Shown in pieces: positions 1 through 11,544 of a stretch of 64,000 bases of DNA. The notes below the pieces were generated by a model. The model saw only the letters and a list, made by a program, of their open reading frames with translations, searched no databases and was not told the DNA's origin. This DNA is from Hydrolagus colliei (Eukaryota): positions 4,650,001 through 4,714,000 of the forward strand of contig CM068756.1 of NCBI GenBank assembly GCA_035084275.1, given 5' to 3'. Positions within the stretch are counted from its first letter, which is position 1. Each line of letters begins with the position of its first letter. The translations under genes and the position numbers were made by a program.

Positions 1-569
1 TTGACCATATAGAAGTCCTCTACCAAACAGATTTACTGATGCACTCTTTCACACTGTGGTGCCATCAAAGTGCCAAACTCATTTCCGTGCACGTGACGCT
101 CCAATTTGGGATCTCACACTACAACCCTGCTCCTGTATAATCAGATTACCATATCAGATCCACACACATTAATTGCACCACTCTCAAGCCTGTGTCATCA
201 ACACAGCTGCACCTTTGTCCATGGTACTATTTGGTTTAGAGGTCAGTCTTTATTTTCCGCATATATATGCATACACGCACACAAACACACACATAAGTAA
301 CAATGGAATAATGGAGCAGCAGTGGCAAGTCCTTTCAGCCTTTAAACAATTTTTGTTGAATAATTTTGGATCCATTTTTTTTCCTGAAAATACATGTCAT
401 TCTGCAGTACAATTGCCCTGGTTGTGGTTGTAAGAGTGTTGCCTACATGGCTGCCCACAGCAGAACTGGCTGTGCAACAGTGAGGGTATCACAGGAACGT
501 TTGATGCCTTCATTATTCCACACAGACATTTCATAAAGGATTACTATCATGATAAGCAACAGAAACACG

Positions 570-712
570 GGCTAATTCTTCTCCCTCCCTAGCCCAGGGG
601 GCCAACTCTTTCCCTTGGTGAAGAACAGGTAATTCCCTACAGGAATCAAACCTCTTATGGTTCACTAAGAAAAAGAGGCAATGAAATCCCTTTACCTACT
701 GAGCCATCAGGA
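570..712 (-). mobile_element. Degenerate tRNA-derived SINE, 5' part
   Basis: Minus strand begins ctcctgatggctcagtaggtaaagg (A-box-like), and ccctgggctagggaggg resembles shark SINE bodies. Confidence 0.4.
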
Positions 713-789
713 GATGTGGTCTATCTAACAGCTTACCCAGTCATCTACACAATACTTTTAATAAAGCTTGTATTTTGATCATTCGTACA

Positions 790-906
790 GCACCTCCCCA
801 CTCCTCGCCTGCCTCCGGGTGAGACTCCTCCACTGTCAAGTTCTCCGAGACAGTACCCTACATGAAGGGCATTATATGAATGTAAGCGTTTTTGTTGTTG
901 CTGTTA
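790..906 (+). mobile_element. L2-type 3' end fragment
   Basis: tgaagggcattatatgaatgtaag followed by a (GTT)n tail, like the 21750-22057 element. Confidence 0.5.
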
Positions 907-1109
907 AGTGTTTATCCATTGAACCCAGTTGGTCTCACCTCTATTTCATTAATCCAGTGTTACAGTAGATACTCTGTTGCTGTCCTGTAGATGGCAAGTG
1001 AAGCTAATGTTGAGTTAACACTGCACATTATTTTTTTAGCAAATCGTTGCCATTTTGGAAATCCAAATACATTCAGGGAATTGTCTTCACTGTTGTGTCA
1101 GTTTGGCTT

Positions 1110-1520
1110 AGCTGCCAACGTTTCTTGCCTTCAAGTTGAAAGTTCCAAGCTCAAGTCTCAAGTCGGGCCTTTAGCTCATCGTGTAAGATAACACTCTAAA
1201 ATAGTATTGAGGGAGTTCCCCACTGGCAGAGGCGCTGTCTTTCAAATGAGGCATTGAAACCAAGGTCTAGCCTGGCAGTTAGGCTGAATGTTAAGATCGC
1301 ATGACCCTGTCTAAAAAGAGAAGAAAGTTTCTCCTGGCTAATAATCCACAAGATGAACTGATCATTCACTTCATGGTTGCCACAGCAGTTTAGTTACTGG
1401 GGCAATGGCTGCAGCATTTCGCCTGCAAAACAGTTACAACACTTGCCAAGATAATTCTCTGTGAAGCACTTAATTCAGATGTTTCAAAGCGATAAGGCGC
1501 TCAATGCACACGTGTTCTTT
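1110..1520 (+). mobile_element. Deu-domain SINE (SacSINE1/AmnSINE1-like), degenerate
   Basis: agtattgagggag...gaggcgctgtctttcaaatgaggcattgaaaccaaggtc...gttaagatcgcatg matches the Deu core, followed by the tail gtgaagcactt...gataaggcgct. Confidence 0.7.
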
Positions 1521-4500
1521 TTCATTAAGGAGCTGATTGTGTACTGATAACAAAAAAAATTTGTCTTAACGAATTCACTCGGGCATTATTTTCTCACAAT
1601 CACAATATGATGCAGAGGCAGGTAGAACACTTGTGGTCCACACCACTCTACTGCTATTATTAAGTTTACTTGTTTACGAGAAGAATAAACTAAATACTGG
1701 ATAAATGAGTGTAGTGCACACTCATAGTGAAAACCGTGACTCTACAGACCAAACGTTTGAAATCGTCTTTTTTCAACCCATCTCACCAATATTCATACAG
1801 GACTCCTTCGATTTCTGCCCCTCCATTCTTCCCCCCCCAATGGGATAAGCAGACAGGGTTTACGGTTATAGTGCTGACAGAGTAAATCTTAGAACAAAGT
1901 ATTATCACCGGATCAATTTGGATGAATAAATCCCTTCCGATCTTATTGTTCCTTCCGGACTACCCGCCGTAGCTTCCCATCATCACACTGAACGTTTAAA
2001 CGAGTCGAGCGCCCTGACCAGTAAATAAGCTGGTAAATAAGACAAGTGACTCCTGACACTGAGCAGCACAACATTATATTCTTTCTGGCTGTGGGTAGGC
2101 TAGGAGCTTAACCCTGGTATACAGGCAAGCACAGGAGGGCAGGTGGCAGAACAGTTTTATATCTTATAGCTTTTGGAAAGGACCCCACCTGAACGAGTTC
2201 AGGCCCGATGGTGTGAAATCCATGCCATGTGGTAAACTACAGGAATATTCACATCTCTGGCACTGTCAGGATGCTGCTGAGTTGCATCTATCAGAAGCAA
2301 TTCTGCAATTCCCTGTATTACAACTGCAGCATTAGATATATACTTTCAGCCACTCAGCTTGCTTCCAAATGAGGGTGCGGTGGAGGAGGAGGGAGTGGGT
2401 TTGGTGGGCGGGTGGGGGTGGGGTAAAAGAGGAGTTGTTCCAGGCTACTCGCACGTACCTCCTGGCAGTCAAGTCATGAGGACTGAGTATATATTACCTG
2501 TCTGCTTTCTCGGCTGGGGCTGGGGAAGGATTGTGGCGAATCTAAAAAGAGAGAGAACAATTTAATCAACTCATCTGTAGGTTGCTATGCAACGCTAAGG
2601 GTACTAATCTGTTTTTTAAAAAAAGTAGTCTGGGTGACTTAAATTAAAACTAGAAAATGCTCACATACCTACTGGAGAAGGCTGGATTCACAGCTACATT
2701 CACAGCCTTAAAAATGGTGGAAATGAAGAGTGCATTATTTGACTAAAAATAGAATGTCTTCCTAAAAAGGTGTTCTCTATCAACATGAACTAGTCCTGTA
2801 TAATGACCTATTTCCACGCCATATCACTCTTTGTAACTCAAACTCTCTTTCCTAAGCGTTTACAGGTAAGAATCAACGGTTGCCACTTTAGGGTGCTTAG
2901 ATTCACGTGCACAACAGTGATGGGAGAAGCCATACGATCACTAAATGAACTCAGAAGGATAAGATGTATCCCGATTCACTCCCTCAGTCTTGTTAAACAG
3001 GTAACAATAAAACATGAAACCCTGAGTGTCACACAGCAAACGCCTGGCATCCTCTAATGAATTATGGTTTGTGCTAAGTAGTTCCTCTTCGCAGTGCTGT
3101 ATTATCGGTTAGCTAGCTGGCTTTTCATTTTCTGTAACTTGAACAGTAGTTTGCAAGGCTGCTAGGAGGTGTGAAAGTGGTGCCACATAGATAAGATTTG
3201 TTAAAAAAAAGCTATTCTGAACATTCATCACTAACCACTAAACTTACTGTATCAAATGACATTTTAAGAATAACATTTGTCAATACTGTATAATTTGACG
3301 AGGGCCAACAATCATTAGATGTGTGTTACAGAGCAATCAGAGTTGTTAAAAGTAACAAGTTTCCAGCATCTTTCCCTGAACCCTCGACTAAAGATCTATA
3401 GTATTAACACAAACACTAAATGACTCATCCAGCAGCTAACAGTAGGTGTGTTCAGTTTACTTGTACCTTCAGAAGCTGCAGATAATTTTAATATCTCACT
3501 GGTGTGCCTCATTGATAGTGGGTAGAAATGCTGTTAGACTTGGCCAATTCAGTACCTATCTCTAATTAGTAACTGTCTGTATCATGATAAGGTAAACTCG
3601 GTTTGACCTTTCCATCATGTATCTATAGCAACCCAGCCATTTAGTTTATTTTTTTTAAATGATTAAATAGCAAATAGAGAGAGATTCTCAATTAGATAGG
3701 AGTGATTAATTAACACATTTTGATTGGAATAAAGGCTTGTTCTGAAGACTGTCTGAGGTAATAGTGTTTGAGAGCCATTGTTGAGAGGAAGCCTGAGAAA
3801 AGCCAGTGACTGTGATGTAGCGTAGCTTAGTTTCAAATGCCTAGTCCTTCTGCCAAGTCCATATCCTATCTAATGGGGGTGTAGTTACTTAACATTCATC
3901 ACCAGTGAACTCTGTAACTTTATCAGCTTACAAGCATGGCGCCATTGCAAGGCCAGGCCATTTTCAGTTCTCAGATAGTACAGATAAAAGTGTGATAGAT
4001 TACAATAGATTGTTTCACTTGAGAATATGTGGCTCCCACAACACTTACACAATAGTTCCCATCAGTTGGATGAAGAGAAAGGGAAAAAAAGAATAAAAAG
4101 GAACGAGAACAAAAAGATATTTAAGGAAAACTGAAAGGCAGAGACACTATGTTAAGCAGGAGAACTGAGACAAGCTGAGAGAGGAGAATTAATAAAATAA
4201 CAGATAAAACTATTCATACATCACATGGAAGGAATAAATATGCAAACTGTAGCGAGGAAACAAGACAGGTATTAAGCAACAAGACGTGAATCATGCTAGG
4301 GTTAGGGAAGAAGTGGACCAAGGAATACTTCTCAAACAAAACATTAGCTGGGGAGAAGCATCAAAAGACTGACGTAAATCAGGTTATAGAAAATGAACTT
4401 ACTGAAAAAGTTTATTGACAGAAAACATCAACTCATAAAATAGCTACAGAAGAAACCATGATGTTCAGTGCCTGTTCAGTTCAGTCACATCATGGATGTT

Positions 4501-4554
4501 CATGTGTTCTTTCTTTGTGCAATTTGCCCATCATGTATGTCTACAAAGGACAGC

Positions 4555-4660
4555 CACTACACTTTACAGTAAATCCTGAGAAGTGCTTTGAAACGTCGTT
4601 GATCCACCCCCCAATAAGAAAGGCGCTATGTCAAATGCAAGGACTTTTATTTAATTATTA
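4555..4660 (+). mobile_element. SINE 3' tail fragment
   Basis: actttacagtaaatcctgagaagtgctttga...aaggcgctatgtcaaatgcaagga, shared with the 61675-61970 SINE. Confidence 0.65.
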
Positions 4661-5254
4661 CTCTAATCAATTTCTTTCTGTAACCACATGAAAATTTCAG
4701 GTTTTTTCCATTAATTTATAAAGGGGATAAAACTTTAAAAATAGTGCCTTGTTTAGGCCAAATAAATTTAGGCAAATATAAATCTTCAACTTACACACAA
4801 ACACCAAATCTTTTGAGGAATATTTTGTGAATTTGCCTGTTTAAAAATTGTAAATCACATCAGTTGCAACAGTCAAGTAATATTTTTCTCAAATATGAGT
4901 TTGTCTGCCAGAGATATCACAACTCTTGTTGAGCAGCTTAGTCTACATTACACAGAACAGTCAGTGAATCAGTTTGAGAAGACAGGCAACAGATGCAGAA
5001 ATCCATTATGCCGTTCATCAACAAAACAAAGTGAGCTTTTCTGGATATTTATTGGTTTCCTGCATGAATAAATAATTCCTTGTTCTAGCTGCCTTGTGAA
5101 ATTGTACGGAGGATTTTAAAGGCAGTCACAATATTGACCATAAATACAGCAATTGTTGCACTACCTGATCGAATACATTACTGATTTAGTCACAATATGA
5201 CAAAATATGAACACAAATTACTTAAATGTATTTCGGTCCAGTGGGGAATACGGA

Positions 5255-5570
5255 GTACAAGACGTTAGAACTCTGTGATTTCACCTCTGGGACCTAGGAT
5301 CAAACAAATCCATTCCGCAGATGATGAAAGCGTTCTCTCGTTACGAGCTGTAATTCCCACGCGGACAATATATGCAGCAAACCTCTTCCATTGGCTACCG
5401 CAACAAGCCGGTCCAAAATCTCACTGAAACTGGCACTTTGCAGGTTTGCACGTGGACCCAAACATGGTTCTATACACCACTCTCTGCCCTGTTAGTTGAC
5501 TTGGAGCAGACAATCTCTCGAAAGAACGAGGAAGTACAGCAACAAGGTGCGTAGAAAATCATTACTAAAT
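5255..5570 (+). mobile_element. LF-SINE-like ancient SINE, degenerate
   Basis: tttcacctctgggacctaggatcaaa...gatgaaag...cactgaaactggcact resembles the LF-SINE head and body as recalled. Confidence 0.45.
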
Positions 5571-8500
5571 AGTGCTGGGTCCTGTTGCACACGAGTCAAC
5601 ACGAATAGCAAACTGTTGCATTTTGAATAATAAAATTGAAGGAGTACACAATGACAGCGCTGAATGCTTTTACTGCATAAGAGACTCTGGATGCACCTCA
5701 TTGACTCGTGCCACATGTTGCACACTTGTCACTTTACTCATCAGTTCCACTCAATGTATGAAATAACAACCGGTGGCTCTGGCTGTGCTCTCCATCTACA
5801 TCGCACATCACACACTTTCCACCCAAAACAAAACTTTTCATTTTCATTGAAGTCTTGGTAAACAGCTAAAAATGAAGTGCTACAATCTCTTGAGACTGGA
5901 AAGTATCTTGCTCTTGCCTCAGTCACACGGATTATGAATTATAGTGCTAAAGGCTGTATCTTGGCCCATCCATCCTCCGATCTAGTGAACAGAACCGAAA
6001 AAAGATGATCCGATGAGGTTCATGTTGCGTGATCCTCTGGTCTTTGAATCCAAAGGATCAGAGTAATGGGGGGAGAATCCCTAAAATCACACAAAGGAGA
6101 AATGGACCCCTTATTGAACCAGGGATGACCTCATGCAAACTTCAGAGCAGACAGACACATGGAAGCCATCAGGAAGGGATAAACTTCTAATTCTGTCAGC
6201 AGGCGTGCAGGAGACTGCTTCATATCAATCACTGACTTGAGCAGCAGAGCTTGTGAAAGTAACAAGGAACCAGTTGAAACCCAAAACACAAACACTATTC
6301 AACAAAGCCAGACAACCACCTTCACACAACAGTGTCCAGGACCAGATGTGGTCAGAATTTGTGCTCTTTGTGCAAGGCAGACCATCAAGGAACAATATAA
6401 GGTAATTAATCTACCCAGGCAGCAAGTCTGGTCTGACACCTAGGTGCCTGGACCAAGGTGATTCCGAAGTCTGACACACCTTTCTTTACTGGAACCAACC
6501 CATTTAGCATTGCTAACCTCAACATTTTTGTTTTAAAAATCTAAAAGGTTAGAAGATGGTATGTTCACTCCCCTGCAAGCACCCAGACAGTCAATCATAT
6601 CCTATCTTACTGCAAGGATACACGCCTCATTTCAGCAGACTTAATTTAAACAAATTAATTTTATGTAAAAACAATTGGGGGGAAAAAATGTCATCACCGA
6701 GCAGGTTTTTTTTCTGGCATTTTGGTGGGACTGTGTGTGATAAGACTAAAAACAACAGGCTGCTCAGTAAAGTGAAAAAAAGAGATAGATAACATTGATA
6801 TGCACTCCTACACAAAACAGTCCAACCCTTATCTCTGCTCTTTATCACAGTTCCTTTTTTTACACTGGAAGGTCCTTTAATAAAACATCGCAAGGAAGGG
6901 TGGAAAAAAAAGATGTGAAGTTTTAAATCTACAACCCCCCACACCCCCTTCCCTTAGAAAAAGAAACATAATTGATCAAGGTATTATCGAGAAATCCAGA
7001 CACCCTAATCAGCTCCCATGAAGTCAGTATTTCCATTCTTATCTAGTGGAGGAGTGGAAATGGAGAAGTGATTGTCAGAGCTGTACAGATTACTGGAGCA
7101 GAATGCTAATGGGAGACAGGGCTCAGCCATTGGTCGCTTAGTACTTGCTATCTGCACCATTATCAAAGTTTATCAATGCAACCATCTCTTCATAGTAATG
7201 GGGCCAGTTCAACTTTCTGCATTATCATATAGCAAACCTGCCCAAGAGGCCTATACCAGGAGAGTGTTATCCAGCTCAGAAAATGAAAGGAGGGAAGGGG
7301 GTGGAATGAAAGATGTTGAGATGGAGAGGAGAAAGTGAAAAGTCATGATGTTCGACAACAATGAATGGAACTAAAGAGGGATGTAGAGACAAAAGGGATA
7401 TTTTTTAAAAAGTACACACGCTGCAAGGCATGCAGCTAATGAGAGGTTAGAAAAGAAGATTAATAAACGCGATGACCAAATGAAGGCGGCAAAACCACAC
7501 AGGCAGGACAGTGAAACTGAGACGAAGCAGAAAGAGAACAAGGAAGAGAGGAAATCAGAATTGAAATAGGCACTCAAGAAAGCAAAAAATGATGAATTTT
7601 TAAAAAGTAGCAAAAGAACCGAGGATATTAAGAAAACAAACGTGGAACGTCAAAATGTACACAGAAGGCAAAAAGAGGAATACTGTACAATTGATCGTAC
7701 AAATGTGAAACAAAACAAGAGAAAAAACATGTTAAAATGTTGGGCCACATTGTAAACATTAACAGAGAACACAAGATCCCAGGTACATTACATCCCTAGC
7801 TTTTACAAAGCAGCTCATATAAGACATTCTCATAATAATGGCTGTTAGCCACATAAAAATAATGATTTGTTATTAAAACCCCATTTTTAATTGATTAAAA
7901 ATAGCAACAATTTTGAAAAACAATTCCACAGAGGCAGCTAAATGAAAACAATTGCCTCGATACAAGTTTAGAATCGTAAAATATTGCAAAATTGTCCCTT
8001 GAAACCGTATGCAAGAACAAATTGGGACACATTCAGTCGATACAAAGTCTGGAGCGGTATCCATACAATTAAAGATACACTGAAGTTTAACCATGAGGGA
8101 AAATCTGAAATCAGCCTTCATGATTGAGAACTCAATCTGAAAGCAATATACTTCCCTATTGAGAATGAAATTACGGGTTATCATTTTCTAATTACTTTAT
8201 TAAAGTTTTTCCGATTGTTTCCATGATAAAAAGCTGTAGTGTTCAAAATACAATGTGTAGATATGGACGGGGGTAAAGGGGCAGAATGCCCGGCGTAACT
8301 ACATCTGTGACAGTTAACATTTAGTTTATTTTCATACTGCTTGAAGATTAAAATTGCGAACAACCATTACTTAAATAAGACTGTTCTTCCAATGCTGGCA
8401 CTTCATGTTACAAATAATAATGTACAGTAAAGCTGTACAAAGTAAATCCCGAAAATGTTGTCCCATTGGGGATCACATTTTTTCTTCCCAGAGCAAAACG

Positions 8501-10309
8501 ATTAATTTTGAAGGGTTGATCCCATAGATTTAATGTGGATATTATAAGTCACAAAATCATGATTGTCTAAAACAAATTTAAATTTGGTTTCAAAATACAC
8601 TGGGGGTGAGTGGGGGGGTGGGGGGGGGGGGGGTTGAGGGGGAAGAGAGGAATGTTCCTGCTGGTTTCTACACTACACATTCTAGGTGTAGTCTCGTTGG
8701 GTCTTCATGGCATGAGCTCCACTTTAATACGATGATTTGATTGAACCGTCAGTGAAGCATGAGACATCTTTACCAGTTAGTTATCAGCAACAATATTTTC
8801 TGCATGTGCAAGCATCATTTAGTGGGAGGAAGGTTCAGTTTTATTTCTTTCCTGTATTTTCATTGTTTCTTCGTATTTTCTACAAAAAGGTATGAGGTTG
8901 TTTAAAATTGAACTCTACGATCAACTTTATCCACTATATACAGTACGGTATGTGCTTCAAAACAGCGTCATAGTATACATTCATAAAACAGATGTCAGTC
9001 TGTTGAATTGTCACAGGATGTTTTTTCCAACACTATCACTGGGTCAAATTTTCAACAATTGTGATACTTTCGTAAACTTTAACTTGTCAAATATCAAATG
9101 TGCTGAAATACGCAGTGTTTTTTCTAAGAAAGCAATATTATTATTTTACAAAAAAAACAACCATTAGCTACGGAAACTGTTATGTCTCATTGATAATAAG
9201 GCTTTTTTTGTTGAATTCTACTGATCCACAGTAATCCACCCACAATTACTCTACCACGGTTCATTATCTTGAATCAGAAAATAAAATTGATAAAAGGTGT
9301 TGGAAACTAACTCAATTGGGTGTTAAACAAATGTTACTGCTGAAGTATTCCATTTGATTAATGGAAAGGAAACAAAAACACATTTATGTAGGGCCACCGT
9401 GAGACTTTTTTTAAAAAAAGCAACAAAAAGGGGGAGCAAAATGCCTACCTTCTTTTAAAGCATATAATATTAAAATAGTGAACAGGATTCACACAATCTC
9501 TATCCATCACCCAAAGGCCTTCCATTTTTAAAGAACTGTCAACTGTATTTGATCAATTACAACAAAGTTTAGCAAAGAGTGCAATGTGTTCCAGTGCAAT
9601 CAAGCTTCGTCCAATGTACTGTATTCTTTCACATGAATAAAACAAGCTTCCTGATGAACAGCAAAAACATCCCACCTCCCAGTGTTACTATCACTACATC
9701 AACGCAATTTAGAGAACTGTTGTATAACTGGAGAGAGCTGTTGTATATAGGTGATTTGCAAGTTTTTTTTAAAAAAACCTAGCTAAAGATAATTAGCTGG
9801 AAAAATATGAAGCTTTTGCCTGTTTCCAGGTAGCCTGGGTGAATAAAAGCACAGAAAAGTTATCTGTGTGAGCCTTTCACGCTCCTCATTTTTAATGAAC
9901 TATTCAGTTGTTTCGAGTGAAGGAGTCAACCACATTAATAGCTAACGATGGAATCAATTACATCAGCAGTCTCTTGTTCTCTCTCTCTCTCTCTCTCTAT
10001 TTTGTTTTTTTAAAAAAAGACCATTTATTTCTTTGTATTTGTATAAACCGTCCTACTCGGTACCTCTCCAGTCTGGTTCGAACTGATAAGAACTGTTATC
10101 GCACTTGGCAATCTATATCAGGACCTAGATCAAGCCTCCGGCTTATCGTGTTTTCTCATCAACCCAGTCTACAGTCAAACAAGCTCCACTTTTGTTCTAG
10201 GTTTCCTCTACCACCCCCCCCCCCCCCACCCCCCCCAACCAACCCCCCCCCCCCCCCCCAAAAAAAAAGTCCTAAAAAAAAGTGTTTTTAATAAAGCGAA
10301 TGTTTTGTT

Positions 10310-10403
10310 ACACTAATATATACACATATAGATACACACATATAGATACACACGCAAAACCTCTGTGTGTGTGCGTGTGTGTGTGTCTATATATATAATA
10401 TAC

Positions 10404-10435
<32 letters not shown>

Positions 10436-10685
10436 AGAGAGAGATTGGAGCTCAAGAGTATCAAGACAAGGCGATGGTCTTGATTACTGCGATACAAGAA
10501 ACCTACAGAAGTATAATGAAACTGGGGGGGGGGGGGGGTATTTATTTTAAGCTTACACTGAACTGACAGAGAGAGAGAGAGAGAGAGACACACAGACACA
10601 CACACGCACTGGTTCGCTCGCAAGAAAGGCATCCTGTGTGAGTGAGTGAGTGAGTGAGTGAGTGTGAGTGTCTCTCTCTCTCTCT
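10310..10685. repeat. Compound microsatellites: (TA)n, (CA)n/(TG)n, (GA)n, (GAGT)n, poly-G
   Basis: Directly visible runs. Confidence 0.9.
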
Positions 10686-10879
10686 ATCGGATCACTAACA
10701 AACAGACAAGAGACACCTGCACCCAACACCACCCCAGACACCCCACAAACCCCAGACCCCAAAACCATCACTACAGTTCAGACCAGAAGTAAGTCATTAA
10801 AGGGGTTAGGTGGGGGGGGGGGGGGGGGGACACACAGGCACAGGGGAGAGACGGGGGGGAGAGAGAGGAGTTTGTGAAC

Positions 10880-11530
10880 TGAGCCCAGGGCTCTCTTGCC
10901 GGGCTGTGCCGTCCAGGGCGAGAGAGGAGCAAAGGCGCAGCGACTCACTCACGTTTGATCTGCCGGGGGTTACTCTGCTTTCTCCTGGACATTGTGGCTG
11001 CCGGTTGCCGCGGGTTACGGGTGGACAGGAGCCGCATGCACCCGCAGCATGGTACCGTCAACAGCGGGGAGGAGGAGGAGGAGGGAGGGTTGAGGGGGGG
11101 GGGGGGGGGGGGGGGGGGAGGGGGGGAGGGGGGAGCGGGGGAGGAGACTCAGTCTGGGAGGAGGAGGAAGAGGAAGAGGCGGCGGAGACAGGAGCGAAGA
11201 GCGGCGGCGGCGGAGAGACGCGGAGACTGGGAGCCAAGCACAGGGCGCCGGCAGAGAAGCGTTTCCATTCACAAGCAGCGCGCACTGGATCCACCCTGTC
11301 AGCGGCGGCGGCGACTCCCTCCTCCTCCTCCTCCTCCTCCTGCCCCCCTCCCTCACTCACTCACTCACTCACTCACTCACCCAGACACCGCATCCCAGCC
11401 CAGCCTGCGTCTGACCTCACCCCGTCACCCCGCTGCCATGACAACCACCGCGCGCTGCGTCAGCACGTGGCCCCGCCCCCCCCCCCCCCCCCCTCCTCCC
11501 CAACACCTGTAAACAAAGAGACGTCAGTCA
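10880..11530 (-). promoter_or_regulatory. ZFPM1: CpG island / ZFPM1 promoter and 5' UTR
   Basis: The only strongly GC- and CpG-rich stretch in the window. Contains CACGTG E-box (11464-11469), GC box (11470-11480), TGTAAACA forkhead-like site (11508-11515) and GACGTCA CRE-like site (11520-11526). Confidence 0.8.
10953..10992 (-). CDS. ZFPM1: ZFPM1 (FOG1) first coding exon, 40 nt, MSRRKQSNPRQIK(R), NuRD-binding motif; the rest of the gene lies beyond the left window edge
   Basis: Minus strand reads gccacaATG TCC AGG AGA AAG CAG AGT AAC CCC CGG CAG ATC AAA C|gtgagt. SNPRQ (rather than SKPRQ of ZFPM2) and adjacency to ZNF469 identify ZFPM1. Canonical donor, phase 1. Confidence 0.95.
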
Positions 11531-11544
11531 CCACCACCACCGCT

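Noticed and set aside
7280-7740. Purine-rich tracts (also 4070-4450) with short Lys/Glu-rich or Phe/Ser-rich ORFs
   Set aside because: Compositional bias only, with no splice signals or domain I can support.
1-10952. Canonical ZFPM1 exon 2 or later exons
   Set aside because: No FOG-like PR-domain or zinc-finger coding sequence was recognised. The region appears to be intron 1 apart from the candidate cassette at 2498-2541.
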